Shown here: piece by piece, positions 45,169-54,788 of the stretch | Layout: each line of letters opens with the position of its first letter | How positions within the stretch are numbered: position 1 is the stretch's first letter | Assembly: GCA_910584785.1 (NCBI GenBank) | Contig: CAJUDX010000001.1 | Location: forward strand, 57,583 to 121,582 | Direction of reading: 5' to 3' | From: an uncultured Lachnospiraceae bacterium | Lineage (GTDB): Bacteria > Bacillota > Clostridia > Lachnospirales > Lachnospiraceae | DNA length: 64,000 nucleotides | The notes under the pieces: model-generated | What the model was told of the DNA's origin: nothing | What the model saw: the letters and a program-made list of their open reading frames with translations, nothing else | The model's database searches: none | Translations under genes and position numbers: made by a program

Positions 45169-46950
45169 ATGAAGAACTTTAAGGTCGGTAAGAAGTTTAT
45201 TGTTTCGTTTGGAAGTATCCTGGTGTTGTTTTTAGTTTCAGTAATTGCAGCCGGTATTGGGATATCCAAAGCGAAAACAAGTTATCACCAGTTTTATACG
45301 GAAGAGTACGGAGCAGTTGTCCAGATTGACCAGATCCGTCTTAATCTCCAGGGTGCGTTAAAGGAGCTGATGCTGGGTGTGACTTCCACCGATTCTCAGG
45401 AAACTGCCCAGAAGATGAAGAATGTTGACTCCTGCATGTCAAACATCGATGCAAGCCTGCAGTGGATTTACAGCAACTATGAAGGAGATACATCGCTGCT
45501 TAAGGAATTTGAGAATAAGCGGTCAGCGAATGCATCCGTCCGCAGGCAGATTGTGGAATACGCTTCTTTGGGCACAGACGAAGGAAACCAGCAGGCACTG
45601 GGGCTGATCTTTAATCAGTATAACCCTCAGGTGGAAGAATATACAGCCATCCTTGAACGTGCATTTGTGGCAATAGAAAAAGAGAGTGAAGAAGCCTATC
45701 AGTCCTCGATGAGGATGCAGCGCATTTTGCTTGGCTTATCAATTGCTATAGCTGCAGTTGCCTTCCTTTTTACCTGTCTGATTGCCATTGACTTGACCAG
45801 AAATATTATGGTTCCGGTAAAGACGATCGAGGATGCCATGAAGGAAGTGGTCAAGGGAAATCTTTCGGTGGAAGTAGAATACGATTCGCAGGATGAATTT
45901 GGTGATATGGCACATAACATGCATGTGATGACTACCAGTGTGGGAAGCATTATCCGGGATATCGAACATGTACTCAGTGCGATGGCCAGCGGGGATTTTA
46001 CAGTTACTTCTCTGGCAAAGGATCTCTACATAGGAGATTACCAGAAGATTTTTGTGTCGATGAGGCAGATTAGGGACAGTTTAAGCAGCACCCTGCTTAC
46101 CTTAAACCAGTCCTCTGATCAAGTATCTTCTGGTTCCGATCAGGTATCCTCCGGTGCCCAGGCACTTTCCCAGGGGGCTACCGAGCAGGCTTCTTCGGTG
46201 GAAGAACTTGCAGCATCCATCAGTGAAATTTCTAATAACATTAACCACAATGCTGTCAGTGCACAGGAAGCCAGCCGCAAGTCCATGGAAGTGGGCGCAG
46301 AGGCTGGGGAGAGCAACCGCAGAATGAACGATATGCTCGGTGCGATGTCAGAGATTAATGCATCCTCCGGTGAAATCGGAAAGATTATTAAGACCATTGA
46401 AGATATCGCCTTCCAGACGAATATTCTTGCTCTGAATGCCGCTGTTGAGGCTGCAAGAGCCGGGGCTGCCGGTAAGGGATTTGCCGTAGTGGCAGATGAA
46501 GTGCGCAACCTCGCCAGCAAGAGTGCGGATGCTTCAAAGAACACAGCTGTGTTAATTGAAAACTCCCTTCATGCGGTAGAAAACGGAAAGAAGATTGCCG
46601 ACGAAACCGCAAGGTCCTTAGAGAGTGTAATGACCGGCGTACAGGAAGCAGCAGGTATGATGGATTCCATCGCCAGGGCTTCCCAGGAACAGGCAGAGGC
46701 GATTACACAGATTACCGTGGGAATCGACCAGATTTCCAGTGTGGTGCAGACCAATTCCGCAACGGCACAGGAGAGTGCGGCTGCCAGCGAGGAATTATCC
46801 AGCCAGGCACAGATCTTAAAGGATTTAGTACGGCGGTTTAAACTTCTGGGCGGAGGATCCGCTGGCTATACACCGGCACCTGCTGCTTCAGCTCCTGCCG
46901 TGGTGTCTGACAAAGAAGAATTTTATTATGGGGGAAATGACAAGTATTAA
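45169..46950 (+). CDS. methyl-accepting chemotaxis protein (4HB-type sensor, HAMP, conserved aromatic C-terminal tail)
   Basis: Two TMs, a HAMP domain and the signalling hairpin [26 protein letters not shown] are present. The ATG at 45169 follows AAGGAGG. Confidence 0.9.
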   Translation: MKNFKVGKKFIVSFGSILVLFLVSVIAAGIGISKAKTSYHQFYTEEYGAVVQIDQIRLNLQGALKELMLGVTSTDSQETAQKMKNVDSCMSNIDASLQWIYSNYEGDTSLLKEFENKRSANASVRRQIVEYASLGTDEGNQQALGLIFNQYNPQVEEYTAILERAFVAIEKESEEAYQSSMRMQRILLGLSIAIAAVAFLFTCLIAIDLTRNIMVPVKTIEDAMKEVVKGNLSVEVEYDSQDEFGDMAHNMHVMTTSVGSIIRDIEHVLSAMASGDFTVTSLAKDLYIGDYQKIFVSMRQIRDSLSSTLLTLNQSSDQVSSGSDQVSSGAQALSQGATEQASSVEELAASISEISNNINHNAVSAQEASRKSMEVGAEAGESNRRMNDMLGAMSEINASSGEIGKIIKTIEDIAFQTNILALNAAVEAARAGAAGKGFAVVADEVRNLASKSADASKNTAVLIENSLHAVENGKKIADETARSLESVMTGVQEAAGMMDSIARASQEQAEAITQITVGIDQISSVVQTNSATAQESAAASEELSSQAQILKDLVRRFKLLGGGSAGYTPAPAASAPAVVSDKEEFYYGGNDKY

Positions 46951-46989
46951 AGAAAGTTTTAATAAAAAAGGTAATATAAGGAGAACATC

Positions 46990-48648
46990 ATGAAGCATAC
47001 GATTAAACAGGAAGTTACCGTGCGTATTGCCCTTATTTTCATCGTTGTCATTATCAGCGGAATTGTAACGGTCAGCGGAATGAGCCGGATTAGGGGCTAC
47101 AGTAAGTCGACAGAACAGTCTACGGAAATCCATTCGCTGGTGCTGACGGCACAGAAGGCTCATTACGGCTGGGTGGAAAATTTATGTTCGGCGATTGCCA
47201 TGGGCACAGAGTTTACCGGCAGCAAGGATTATAAGACCTGTGTGCTGGGCAAGTGGTTTTATGATTCGGATCTTTCTACCATTGATAATGCGGAAATTCA
47301 TCAGCTTATCGAGGAGATGAAGCCGATTCATCAGGCGATTCATGAGTCCGCACAGATTATCCTGGATATGAACCAGACAGATCCGGAAGAAGCAAAACGG
47401 CTTTATCTGGAAGATACCAAGGTTAATGTAGATCAGTTGGTTGCGATTTTGGATAAGGTAGGGGCGATTACCGAAGCTCAGGTAAGGGAAAACCAGAGCG
47501 GCTTATTAAAAGCAGTGAGCGGTACGGAAGCAATCAGCCTTGGTTCCATAGCGATCACACTGATTGTATGTATTCTGCTTGTGCTCTATGTAATGAGCCG
47601 GATTATCCGTCCGCTCCAGACGATTACCGAGTCGAGCCGCAACCTGTCTGAGGGAAATCTTGATTTCCACATTGATGTGAACAGCAGCAATGAAATCGGC
47701 GTGCTGGCAGACAGCCTGAACACTTCCGTAAAGAATCTGAAGCTGTATATTTCGGATATTTCCATGGTGCTGGATGAAATCGCTGCCGGAAATCTGGGCA
47801 AAGAAAGTGCGATTCAGTACATTGGTGATTTTGTACAGATTCAAAAAGCTATTGAAACGATCAGCGACCAGTTCTGCAATACGATGGAGCAGATTCATTC
47901 CTCGTCCAGCCAGGTAGATTCCGGTGCAAACCAGGTGGCTGTGGGTGCGCAGAGCCTTGCCCAGGGTGCTACGGAACAGGCATCGGAAGTAGATAACCTG
48001 CTGCAGATGATTGAACAGGTTACCGAGCAGATTAATGAAAATACAAAGAGTGCTGCGATTACGACGAAGGAAGCTGATAATGTTGGTGAGAAGATTACCA
48101 TCTGTAGTGACCAAATGCAGAAGATGGCGGATGCGATGCAGCAGATCAGCGCATGCTCCGGGGAAATTCAGCACATTATCAAGACGATTGAGGATATTGC
48201 CTTCCAGACAAATATTCTTGCCTTAAATGCGGCGGTTGAAGCAGCAAGGGCAGGAACTGCAGGCAAGGGTTTTGCCGTAGTTGCTGATGAGGTGCGCAAT
48301 CTTGCAGCCAAGAGTGCGGACGCAGCGAAGAATACGACTGAACTGATCGAAAAGACACTTCATGTTGTGGATAATGGTTCGCAGCTTACTGAGCTGACGC
48401 AGGAATCTTTAGGAATAGTTGTCGAGGGAGCTGGGAAGGTTACCGAACAAATAAAGATAATTTCTGCCGCTTCGATTGAGCAGGAAGCAGCGATTAACCA
48501 TATTAAAGATAGTATTTACCAGATTTCTACCGTTATTCAGTCCAACTCAGCGACTTCTGAAGAAAGTGCAGCAGCCAGCCAGCAGCTTGCTGGTCAGGCA
48601 CAGGTTCTTAAACGTTTAATTGGAAAGTTCCGTTTAAAGAACGGATGA
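46990..48648 (+). CDS. methyl-accepting chemotaxis protein with an extracytoplasmic CZB-like (zinc-binding) sensor
   Basis: H58...C84(VLGKW)...H114-x3-H118 lie between TM1 and TM2. HAMP and the MCP signalling domain follow. Confidence 0.88.
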   Translation: MKHTIKQEVTVRIALIFIVVIISGIVTVSGMSRIRGYSKSTEQSTEIHSLVLTAQKAHYGWVENLCSAIAMGTEFTGSKDYKTCVLGKWFYDSDLSTIDNAEIHQLIEEMKPIHQAIHESAQIILDMNQTDPEEAKRLYLEDTKVNVDQLVAILDKVGAITEAQVRENQSGLLKAVSGTEAISLGSIAITLIVCILLVLYVMSRIIRPLQTITESSRNLSEGNLDFHIDVNSSNEIGVLADSLNTSVKNLKLYISDISMVLDEIAAGNLGKESAIQYIGDFVQIQKAIETISDQFCNTMEQIHSSSSQVDSGANQVAVGAQSLAQGATEQASEVDNLLQMIEQVTEQINENTKSAAITTKEADNVGEKITICSDQMQKMADAMQQISACSGEIQHIIKTIEDIAFQTNILALNAAVEAARAGTAGKGFAVVADEVRNLAAKSADAAKNTTELIEKTLHVVDNGSQLTELTQESLGIVVEGAGKVTEQIKIISAASIEQEAAINHIKDSIYQISTVIQSNSATSEESAAASQQLAGQAQVLKRLIGKFRLKNG

Positions 48649-48715
48649 GATAACTGTCAGGCAGCAGAAAATGATAGAAACGATAGGACAGAAAAAAGAT
48701 TTAAGGAGAATTACT

Positions 48716-50518
48716 ATGGGTCAGTGGATTAAAAATTTAAAGATAAGTGCAAAGCTGTATGTGTTGGTAGGGGTTGCACTGGTAGGAATGTGTGCGATAG
48801 GGCTTATTTCTATTTTTCTGATGGGGAACTTAAATTCTCAGACGGTTATTATTGCAGAAAAGTGGATGCCAAGTCTTGGGGTTGCTGAACAGATGCATAC
48901 GAATGTTGCTAATGTGCGTCTGTATGAAGAGTCCTATATTAATGCCGCAACGCAGCAGGCGTCTGAGAATCATTCGAGTAACCTTACTCAGGCGATTGCA
49001 ACGATGGATTCTTCGGTTGCCAATTATGGTGGTTATGTTTCCACTGCCGAAGGAAAAAAGCTTTATGAGGCCTTACAGTCTTCCTGGTCAGCGTATAAGA
49101 ATGTGGACAGCCAGCTGGTAAACCTGGTTAAGAATAATCGGAAGGAAGAAGCAGAAGCACTTTTAAACAGCGAGGAAGGAAGCAGCGCCTATAATAAAGT
49201 ACTGACAGACTTAAATGCAATGAGCGACTTTAATACCCAGGGAAGTCAGGATGCTTATAATGAAAGCAATGAAACCTACCGTGGGGCGATTATCTGTCAG
49301 GTTGCTGTGATGATTGTTGTCTTTATTATCGGTATTTTCTTCTCCATGACAATTATCCGAAGCATCCGTATGCCAGTGACCGAACTGGAGAAGGCTGCAA
49401 TTGAAATGGCGAATGGTCGTCTGGATGTGAATATTTCCTATCAGTCTAAAGATGAGATTGGTGTGCTTTCCGAACAATTCAGAATGTTAATCCGCAAGCT
49501 CCAGGCGATTATTGATGATGAAAATCAGTTTTTAGCCAAGATGGCTTCCGGCGACTTTACCGTGGACTCACAGTGTGAACAGGAATACATCGGCAGCTTC
49601 CATCAGCTTTTAATTTCCTTTAGAGCGATTGCTAAGCAGTTAAATGACGCGATGGGACAGATCAGCGATAGTTCTGAGCAGGTTTCCAACAGTTCCGAGC
49701 AGGTTTCTTCCGGTGCACAGGCTCTTTCTCAGGGTGCTACTGAGCAGGCAAGTTCGATTGAAGAACTTGCGGCGACCATTGCTGAGATTTCCAATCAGAT
49801 TAAGGATAATGCCGATAATGCTGTGAATGCTAATGATAAAGTCGGCGATGTTGGTCAGGAGATGAACTTAAGCAACGCCAAGATGCAGGATATGATCAAG
49901 GCGATGGAGAATATCAGCAGCTGTTCCAATGAAATCGGAAAAATTATTAAGACCATTGAAGATATTGCTTTTCAGACAAATATCTTAGCGCTGAATGCTG
50001 CGGTAGAGGCAGCAAGGGCAGGTACTGCGGGCAAGGGCTTTGCTGTAGTTGCTGACGAAGTAAGAAACTTAGCCAGCAAGAGTGCAGAGGCTTCCAAGAA
50101 TACGGCAGTATTGATTGAAAATTCCATTCAGGCTGTACAGGAAGGCACACAGATTGCCGCAGATACCGCAAAATCCCTGGTTCATGCCGTAGAGGGTGCG
50201 AAAGATGTAACAACGCTTGTGGATAAGATTTCGGTAGCCAGCAGGGAGCAGTCGGCAGCGATTTCTCAGATTACCCTGGGTATCGACCAGATTTCCAGCG
50301 TTATCCAGACAAACTCCGCAACGGCCCAACAGAGTGCTGCTGCCAGTGAAGAGCTTTCCAGTCAGGCCCAGCTGATGAAGAGCCTGGTAAGCCGTTTTAA
50401 ACTGGCAAATTCCGGCGGACGTATGACTTCTTCTGCCCCAAGGGGCGGCGCAAGTTATCATCAGGAGCCGGATACCGGAAGTGAAGATTTCTATTACGGC
50501 GCTTCCGATAAGTATTAA
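48716..50518 (+). CDS. methyl-accepting chemotaxis protein (4HB-type sensor, HAMP, conserved aromatic C-terminal tail)
   Basis: The start at MGQWIKNLK follows AAGGAG. The architecture matches the first MCP. Confidence 0.9.
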   Translation: MGQWIKNLKISAKLYVLVGVALVGMCAIGLISIFLMGNLNSQTVIIAEKWMPSLGVAEQMHTNVANVRLYEESYINAATQQASENHSSNLTQAIATMDSSVANYGGYVSTAEGKKLYEALQSSWSAYKNVDSQLVNLVKNNRKEEAEALLNSEEGSSAYNKVLTDLNAMSDFNTQGSQDAYNESNETYRGAIICQVAVMIVVFIIGIFFSMTIIRSIRMPVTELEKAAIEMANGRLDVNISYQSKDEIGVLSEQFRMLIRKLQAIIDDENQFLAKMASGDFTVDSQCEQEYIGSFHQLLISFRAIAKQLNDAMGQISDSSEQVSNSSEQVSSGAQALSQGATEQASSIEELAATIAEISNQIKDNADNAVNANDKVGDVGQEMNLSNAKMQDMIKAMENISSCSNEIGKIIKTIEDIAFQTNILALNAAVEAARAGTAGKGFAVVADEVRNLASKSAEASKNTAVLIENSIQAVQEGTQIAADTAKSLVHAVEGAKDVTTLVDKISVASREQSAAISQITLGIDQISSVIQTNSATAQQSAAASEELSSQAQLMKSLVSRFKLANSGGRMTSSAPRGGASYHQEPDTGSEDFYYGASDKY

Positions 50519-50553
50519 TGTGTGATAAAACGAATGGGTAATCCTATAAAAAG

Positions 50554-50585
50554 AGGAATAATCGATAAGGTTATTCCTTTTTTCT
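50554..50585 (+). terminator. strong intrinsic terminator after the third MCP gene
   Basis: AGGAATAA (50554-50561) pairs with TTATTCCT (50571-50578) and is followed by T6. Confidence 0.8.
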
Positions 50586-50613
50586 TGTTCGTTTTGGGTT
50601 TTTGGTGTATGAT
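50585..50613 (+). promoter_or_regulatory. candidate promoter TTGTTC-N17-TATGAT upstream of element copy B
   Basis: The -35 is at 50585-50590 and the -10 at 50608-50613. The -35 match is weak. Confidence 0.35.
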
Positions 50614-50644
50614 AGAGGGAGTAAATATTTTTACTGCAAACTGC

Positions 50645-50757
50645 AAACCTTCATGCGCCCACAAGTGGTCGTACCACTATAAAGAAAAGCCTGCCGGGCG
50701 CACTTGGAATACCTGAACTCAGACCGCCTAATCGGCGGTGAACTTTTACAGTAATAA
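50645..50757 (+). promoter_or_regulatory. conserved ~113-nt structured element, copy B (ends 32 nt before the anti-sigma gene ATG)
   Basis: It is the reverse-complement homologue of 41217-41330 and lies downstream of a terminator and a candidate promoter. Confidence 0.6.
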
Positions 50758-50789
50758 CAGGAATTTGGAAAGAATAAGGGGGCAATAAA

Positions 50790-51125
50790 ATGAAATGCCG
50801 GGAAGCAGAGCGGCTGGTGATGCCGTATATTCAAGATGAACTTACCGACGGTGAACTGGAGGAGTTTTTAGAGCATGTAGAAACCTGTCCATCCTGCCAG
50901 GAGGAACTGGAAATCTATTTTATGGTTTCTTTGGGACTTAGGCAGCTGGATGAGGGAACCGGCAGTTTTAATATGAAGCAGGAGCTGGAAGAAATCCTGG
51001 ATTTGTCCTATCGCAGGGTACATTTTGTACGAACGATAAAAATTACCTGTTATGCCATTAATACATTGGCGGGGCTAGGGCTTTTAACCACCTTTCTTCT
51101 TCAGCTCAGAATATGGATGGGGTAA
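50790..51125 (+). CDS. zinc-finger (zf-HC2/ZAS-type) anti-sigma factor, membrane anchored
   Basis: The H-x3-C-x2-C motif (HVETCPSC) follows an N-terminal Cys. There is a C-terminal TM (LAGLGLLTTFLLQL). No sigma factor gene is adjacent. Confidence 0.65.
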   Translation: MKCREAERLVMPYIQDELTDGELEEFLEHVETCPSCQEELEIYFMVSLGLRQLDEGTGSFNMKQELEEILDLSYRRVHFVRTIKITCYAINTLAGLGLLTTFLLQLRIWMG

Positions 51126-51178
51126 GGATGGGAAAGCAGAAAGAATATTAGGTTTGTGGTTGGGGACAGAAAGGAAAA

Positions 51179-53932
51179 ATGATGGGAAAATTAATGTTAA
51201 TTGACGGACACAGCATATTGCACCGGGCCTATTACGGAGTGCCCGATTTGACCAATGCAGAAGGGCTTCATACGAATGCCGTTTTTGGCTTTTTAAATAT
51301 TATGTTCCGGCTTCTGGACGAGGAAAAGCCGGATTATCTTGCGGTTGCCTTTGATCTTGGGGAGCCGACCTTCCGTCATCAAATGTATAAGGAATATAAG
51401 GCTAACCGAAACCCTATGCCCCCTGAGCTGTTTGAACAGGTGGATTTAATTAAGCATGTTTTATCTTCCATGAATATCCCGATTTTAACGATGGTTGGCT
51501 TTGAAGCCGATGATATTTTGGGAACAGTGGCGAAGGAGACACAGAAAAAGGGTGAGGAGGTTGTTGTAATATCCGGGGACCGGGATCTGCTGCAGCTTGC
51601 CGATAAGAAAATTAAGATTCGCATTCCCAAAACCAGCAAGGGTGTGACGGAAATTTATGATTATTACCCTGAGGACGTAAAGCGTGAGTATGGGGTAACA
51701 CCGGAGGAATTTATTGAAGTGAAAGCCCTGATGGGAGATTCCTCAGATAATATTCCCGGAGTGCCTTCCATCGGACAAAAGACAGCGACAGCGATAATTG
51801 CCGCTTATCAGAGTATTGAAAATGCCTATGCTCATCTTGAGGAAATCAAGCCTCCCCGCGCGAAAAAAGCATTGGGAGAACATTATGATACAGCACAGTT
51901 TTGCAGGAAGCTGGTAACGATTAGCACAGACTGCGGCATTTCCTTTTCCCTTCAGGAAGCCCAGTTGGACAATCTCTATACGCCGGAAGCCTTCCAGATG
52001 CTTAAGAGCCTGGATTTTAAATCCTTTTTAAACCGTTTTCAGACAGAACAGGGCAAGGCCGGTCTGGAGGAGCATTTTGCCGCCACCGATAACGATAAAA
52101 AGGCGAAAGAATGCGTAAGGCGTGCACTTAACCAGGCAGCCCGGACAGAAGGCGGTTCCAGAATAGGACTCCAGCTTTTTGCCGCAGAGAAAAAGGAAGA
52201 GGAAGAGCAGCTTTCCTTTCTTATCGACGCCGGAGGTCAGCTGGGCCTGGGCAATGGGGGAACAGAGGAGAGAAAGGGGCTTTCGGTGGTAGCCCTGGCG
52301 ATTTCTATGGGAAAAGAAGAAACCATCTGCATTAAGGCGGGGAAGGAAATTCATGAGGAATGGTTAAAGGAAAGTTTTCTTAAGATTGTCCGTCAGGCAC
52401 AGCCGGGCCGCGTTTGGGTGCCGGATCTTAAGGAAACATTGGCACTGGTGGATTTAGAGGACGATGCCCCGGTATTGGATGCCGGTGTGGCGGCGTATTT
52501 GTTAAATCCGTTAAAAGACAGCTACCAATATAATGATTTGGCCAGGGATTATCTGGGGATTGCTCTGCCTGCGCAAAAAGAACTGATGGGAAAGCTTTCC
52601 GTGGGTGAGGGGCTCTTAGCGGGCGATAAACAAGCGGAGCTTTGTGCCTGCTATGGGGTATGCAGTGTGGGGCTGACCGCCGATGTGCTGGAAGAAAAAT
52701 TGAAGAAAACCCAAATGTGGGAGTTATTTTTAACGATAGAGATGCCGTTAATTTACAGCCTGCACCATATGGAGCAGGCCGGAGTGAGGGTGAAGCGGGA
52801 AGTATTAAAGGAGTATGGAGAGAAGTTAAAGGTACAGATTTCTGCACTGGAAAAACAAATCCATGAAGAATGCGGTCAGGACTTTAATATTAATTCTCCC
52901 AAGCAGCTGGGCGAGGTGCTTTTTGAAAAAATGCAGCTGAAAGGAGGAAAAAAGACAAAAACCGGATATTCGACCGCAGCGGATGTGCTGGAAAAGCTGG
53001 CTGCTGATGTTCCTGTTGTGCAGAAAATTTTAGACTACCGGCAGCTGACAAAGCTTAATTCCACCTATGCGGAAGGCTTGTCTGCCTATATTGGCCCAGA
53101 TGAGCGGATTCATGGAAAATTTAATCAGACCATTACCGCCACGGGAAGAATCAGCAGCACAGAGCCGAATTTACAGAATATTCCTGTGCGTATGGAACTG
53201 GGAAGGGAAATCCGCAAGGTTTTTGTGCCGGAGGAGGGCTATATCTTTATTGACGCTGATTACTCTCAGATAGAACTTAGGATTCTGGCCTCTTTATCCG
53301 GGGATGAGCGCTTAATCGAGGCCTATGGACTGGCCCAGGATATTCATGCCATTACAGCTTCTCAGGTCTTTCATATTCCTCTGGAAGAAGTGACTTCCCT
53401 GCAAAGGCGGAATGCCAAGGCGGTGAACTTTGGTATTGTCTATGGAATCAGTGCCTTTGGCCTGGGCGAAGGCTTGAGCATATCCAAAACGGAAGCGCAG
53501 GAGTATATTGACAATTATTTTGAAACTTATCCTGGAGTAAAAGAGTATTTGGAACGGTTGGTGAAAGAGGGAAAGGATCTGGGCTATGTTACCACTCTTT
53601 ATGGGAGGAGACGCCCGATTCCCGAACTGAAATCCGATAACTTTAAACAGCGATCCTTCGGCGAGAGGGTGGCAATGAATTCACCCATCCAGGGAACAGC
53701 GGCAGATATTATGAAAATTGCCATGATTGGGGTAGACCGGGAACTGAAAAGAAGGGGATTGAAATCCCGCATTGTGCTTCAGGTGCATGATGAACTGCTG
53801 ATTGAGGCGTGGAAGGACGAGACGGAGGCAGTCAGGGAAATCTTGGAGGATAAGATGAAACATGCCTCGAAGATGAGAGTTGCCCTTGAGATTGAAGCTA
53901 AGGAGGGAGATTCCTGGTTTTCGGCAAAGTAG
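51179..53932 (+). CDS. polA: DNA polymerase I
   Basis: A 5'-nuclease domain (LIDGHSILHRAYY), a 3'-5' exo-like spacer and the pol A-family motifs (DYSQIELR, QVHDEL) are present. Confidence 0.93.
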   Translation: MMGKLMLIDGHSILHRAYYGVPDLTNAEGLHTNAVFGFLNIMFRLLDEEKPDYLAVAFDLGEPTFRHQMYKEYKANRNPMPPELFEQVDLIKHVLSSMNIPILTMVGFEADDILGTVAKETQKKGEEVVVISGDRDLLQLADKKIKIRIPKTSKGVTEIYDYYPEDVKREYGVTPEEFIEVKALMGDSSDNIPGVPSIGQKTATAIIAAYQSIENAYAHLEEIKPPRAKKALGEHYDTAQFCRKLVTISTDCGISFSLQEAQLDNLYTPEAFQMLKSLDFKSFLNRFQTEQGKAGLEEHFAATDNDKKAKECVRRALNQAARTEGGSRIGLQLFAAEKKEEEEQLSFLIDAGGQLGLGNGGTEERKGLSVVALAISMGKEETICIKAGKEIHEEWLKESFLKIVRQAQPGRVWVPDLKETLALVDLEDDAPVLDAGVAAYLLNPLKDSYQYNDLARDYLGIALPAQKELMGKLSVGEGLLAGDKQAELCACYGVCSVGLTADVLEEKLKKTQMWELFLTIEMPLIYSLHHMEQAGVRVKREVLKEYGEKLKVQISALEKQIHEECGQDFNINSPKQLGEVLFEKMQLKGGKKTKTGYSTAADVLEKLAADVPVVQKILDYRQLTKLNSTYAEGLSAYIGPDERIHGKFNQTITATGRISSTEPNLQNIPVRMELGREIRKVFVPEEGYIFIDADYSQIELRILASLSGDERLIEAYGLAQDIHAITASQVFHIPLEEVTSLQRRNAKAVNFGIVYGISAFGLGEGLSISKTEAQEYIDNYFETYPGVKEYLERLVKEGKDLGYVTTLYGRRRPIPELKSDNFKQRSFGERVAMNSPIQGTAADIMKIAMIGVDRELKRRGLKSRIVLQVHDELLIEAWKDETEAVREILEDKMKHASKMRVALEIEAKEGDSWFSAK

Positions 53933-53947
53933 AAGGGATGATGATCA

Positions 53948-54235
53948 ATGCTGGAGCGAAGCGGGTTTATGCCGGTGAATTACCTGAAAAAAGAAAGCTA
54001 TACAGGAAGTTACCGTGGAATGCGGTTTAAGATGATGAAGGCACAGGTCGGCGAAGGGGAAGAGGAGAGAACGGTTCTTAGAGTGATTCACTGGCCTGAG
54101 CCTTATGGGTTTGAAGCGACAGAAGAGGAAAAAAAGGTGTTGATGGACACCTCATTTGACGAGGAGGGGATTTTGGAAGGGATAGCGTGGCTGAACCGGG
54201 AGTATAAGGAAAAGTATGCTTATGGTGCGGAATAA
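53948..54235 (+). CDS. hypothetical protein (95 aa)
   Basis: The ORF is tightly packed between polA and mpg. I recognise no family. Confidence 0.45.
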   Translation: MLERSGFMPVNYLKKESYTGSYRGMRFKMMKAQVGEGEEERTVLRVIHWPEPYGFEATEEEKKVLMDTSFDEEGILEGIAWLNREYKEKYAYGAE

Positions 54236-54246
54236 AGGAGGTAACA

Positions 54247-54762
54247 ATGCGTTTGACGGAGGAGTTTTTTCATCGGGACTGCCTGGAAGTGGCGCCGGCG
54301 TTAGTGGGGAAGGTTTTGGTCAGGCAGCTGGAGGATGGAAGCCAGATCCGGCTGCGTATTTCGGAAACGGAGGCCTATCGCGGGGAAACGGACACAGCCT
54401 GCCATGCACATAAGGGGAGGACGAAGCGGACGGAGGTTTTATATCAGGAGGCCGGGCAGATTTATGTGTATTTATGCTATGGGATGCACTGGCTTTTAAA
54501 TTTTGTGACAGGGGAAAAGGAACAGCCGCAGGCAGTGCTGATTCGGGCCTGTGAGGGAGCGGAAGGGCCGGGAAAACTGACGAAGAAGCTGATGGTGGAC
54601 GGGCATTTAAATCGTACCTCCGTTTTTGAACAGAAGGAGCTTTGGGTGGAGGACGATGGGGTGAGAAGAGAAATCCTGACCGATACCCGCGTGGGGATTG
54701 GGTATGCCAGCAAAGAAGATCAGGAGAGACTTTGGCGGTTTAAGGGTAAGGCTGCGGAGTAG
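54247..54762 (+). CDS. mpg: DNA-3-methyladenine glycosylase (Mpg/AAG family)
   Basis: VAPALVGKVLV...I.ETEAY.G..D.ACHA.KGRT.R is the family signature. Confidence 0.85.
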   Translation: MRLTEEFFHRDCLEVAPALVGKVLVRQLEDGSQIRLRISETEAYRGETDTACHAHKGRTKRTEVLYQEAGQIYVYLCYGMHWLLNFVTGEKEQPQAVLIRACEGAEGPGKLTKKLMVDGHLNRTSVFEQKELWVEDDGVRREILTDTRVGIGYASKEDQERLWRFKGKAAE

Positions 54763-54788
54763 AAGGAAGGCTGTATAGGAAAAGGAAG

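Noticed and set aside
47506-48174. 222-aa minus-strand ORF inside the second MCP gene, plus similar ORFs at 46140-46544 and 50069-50461
   Set aside because: MCP signalling domains are Ala/Glu/Gln-rich with few stop codons on the opposite strand. These are typical shadow ORFs.
50522-50716. 64-aa plus-strand ORF overlapping the MCP terminator and element copy B
   Set aside because: It starts at a GTG with no Shine-Dalgarno and reads straight through a strong terminator hairpin. The homologous copy A region cannot encode the same peptide, because copy A differs from copy B by a 1-nt indel and many substitutions in this segment.
41217-50757. Composite transposon or mobile element bounded by the inverted copies
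   Set aside because: There is no transposase, integrase or target-site duplication. The enclosed genes are an ordinary chemotaxis set, and the repeats are only about 80% identical.
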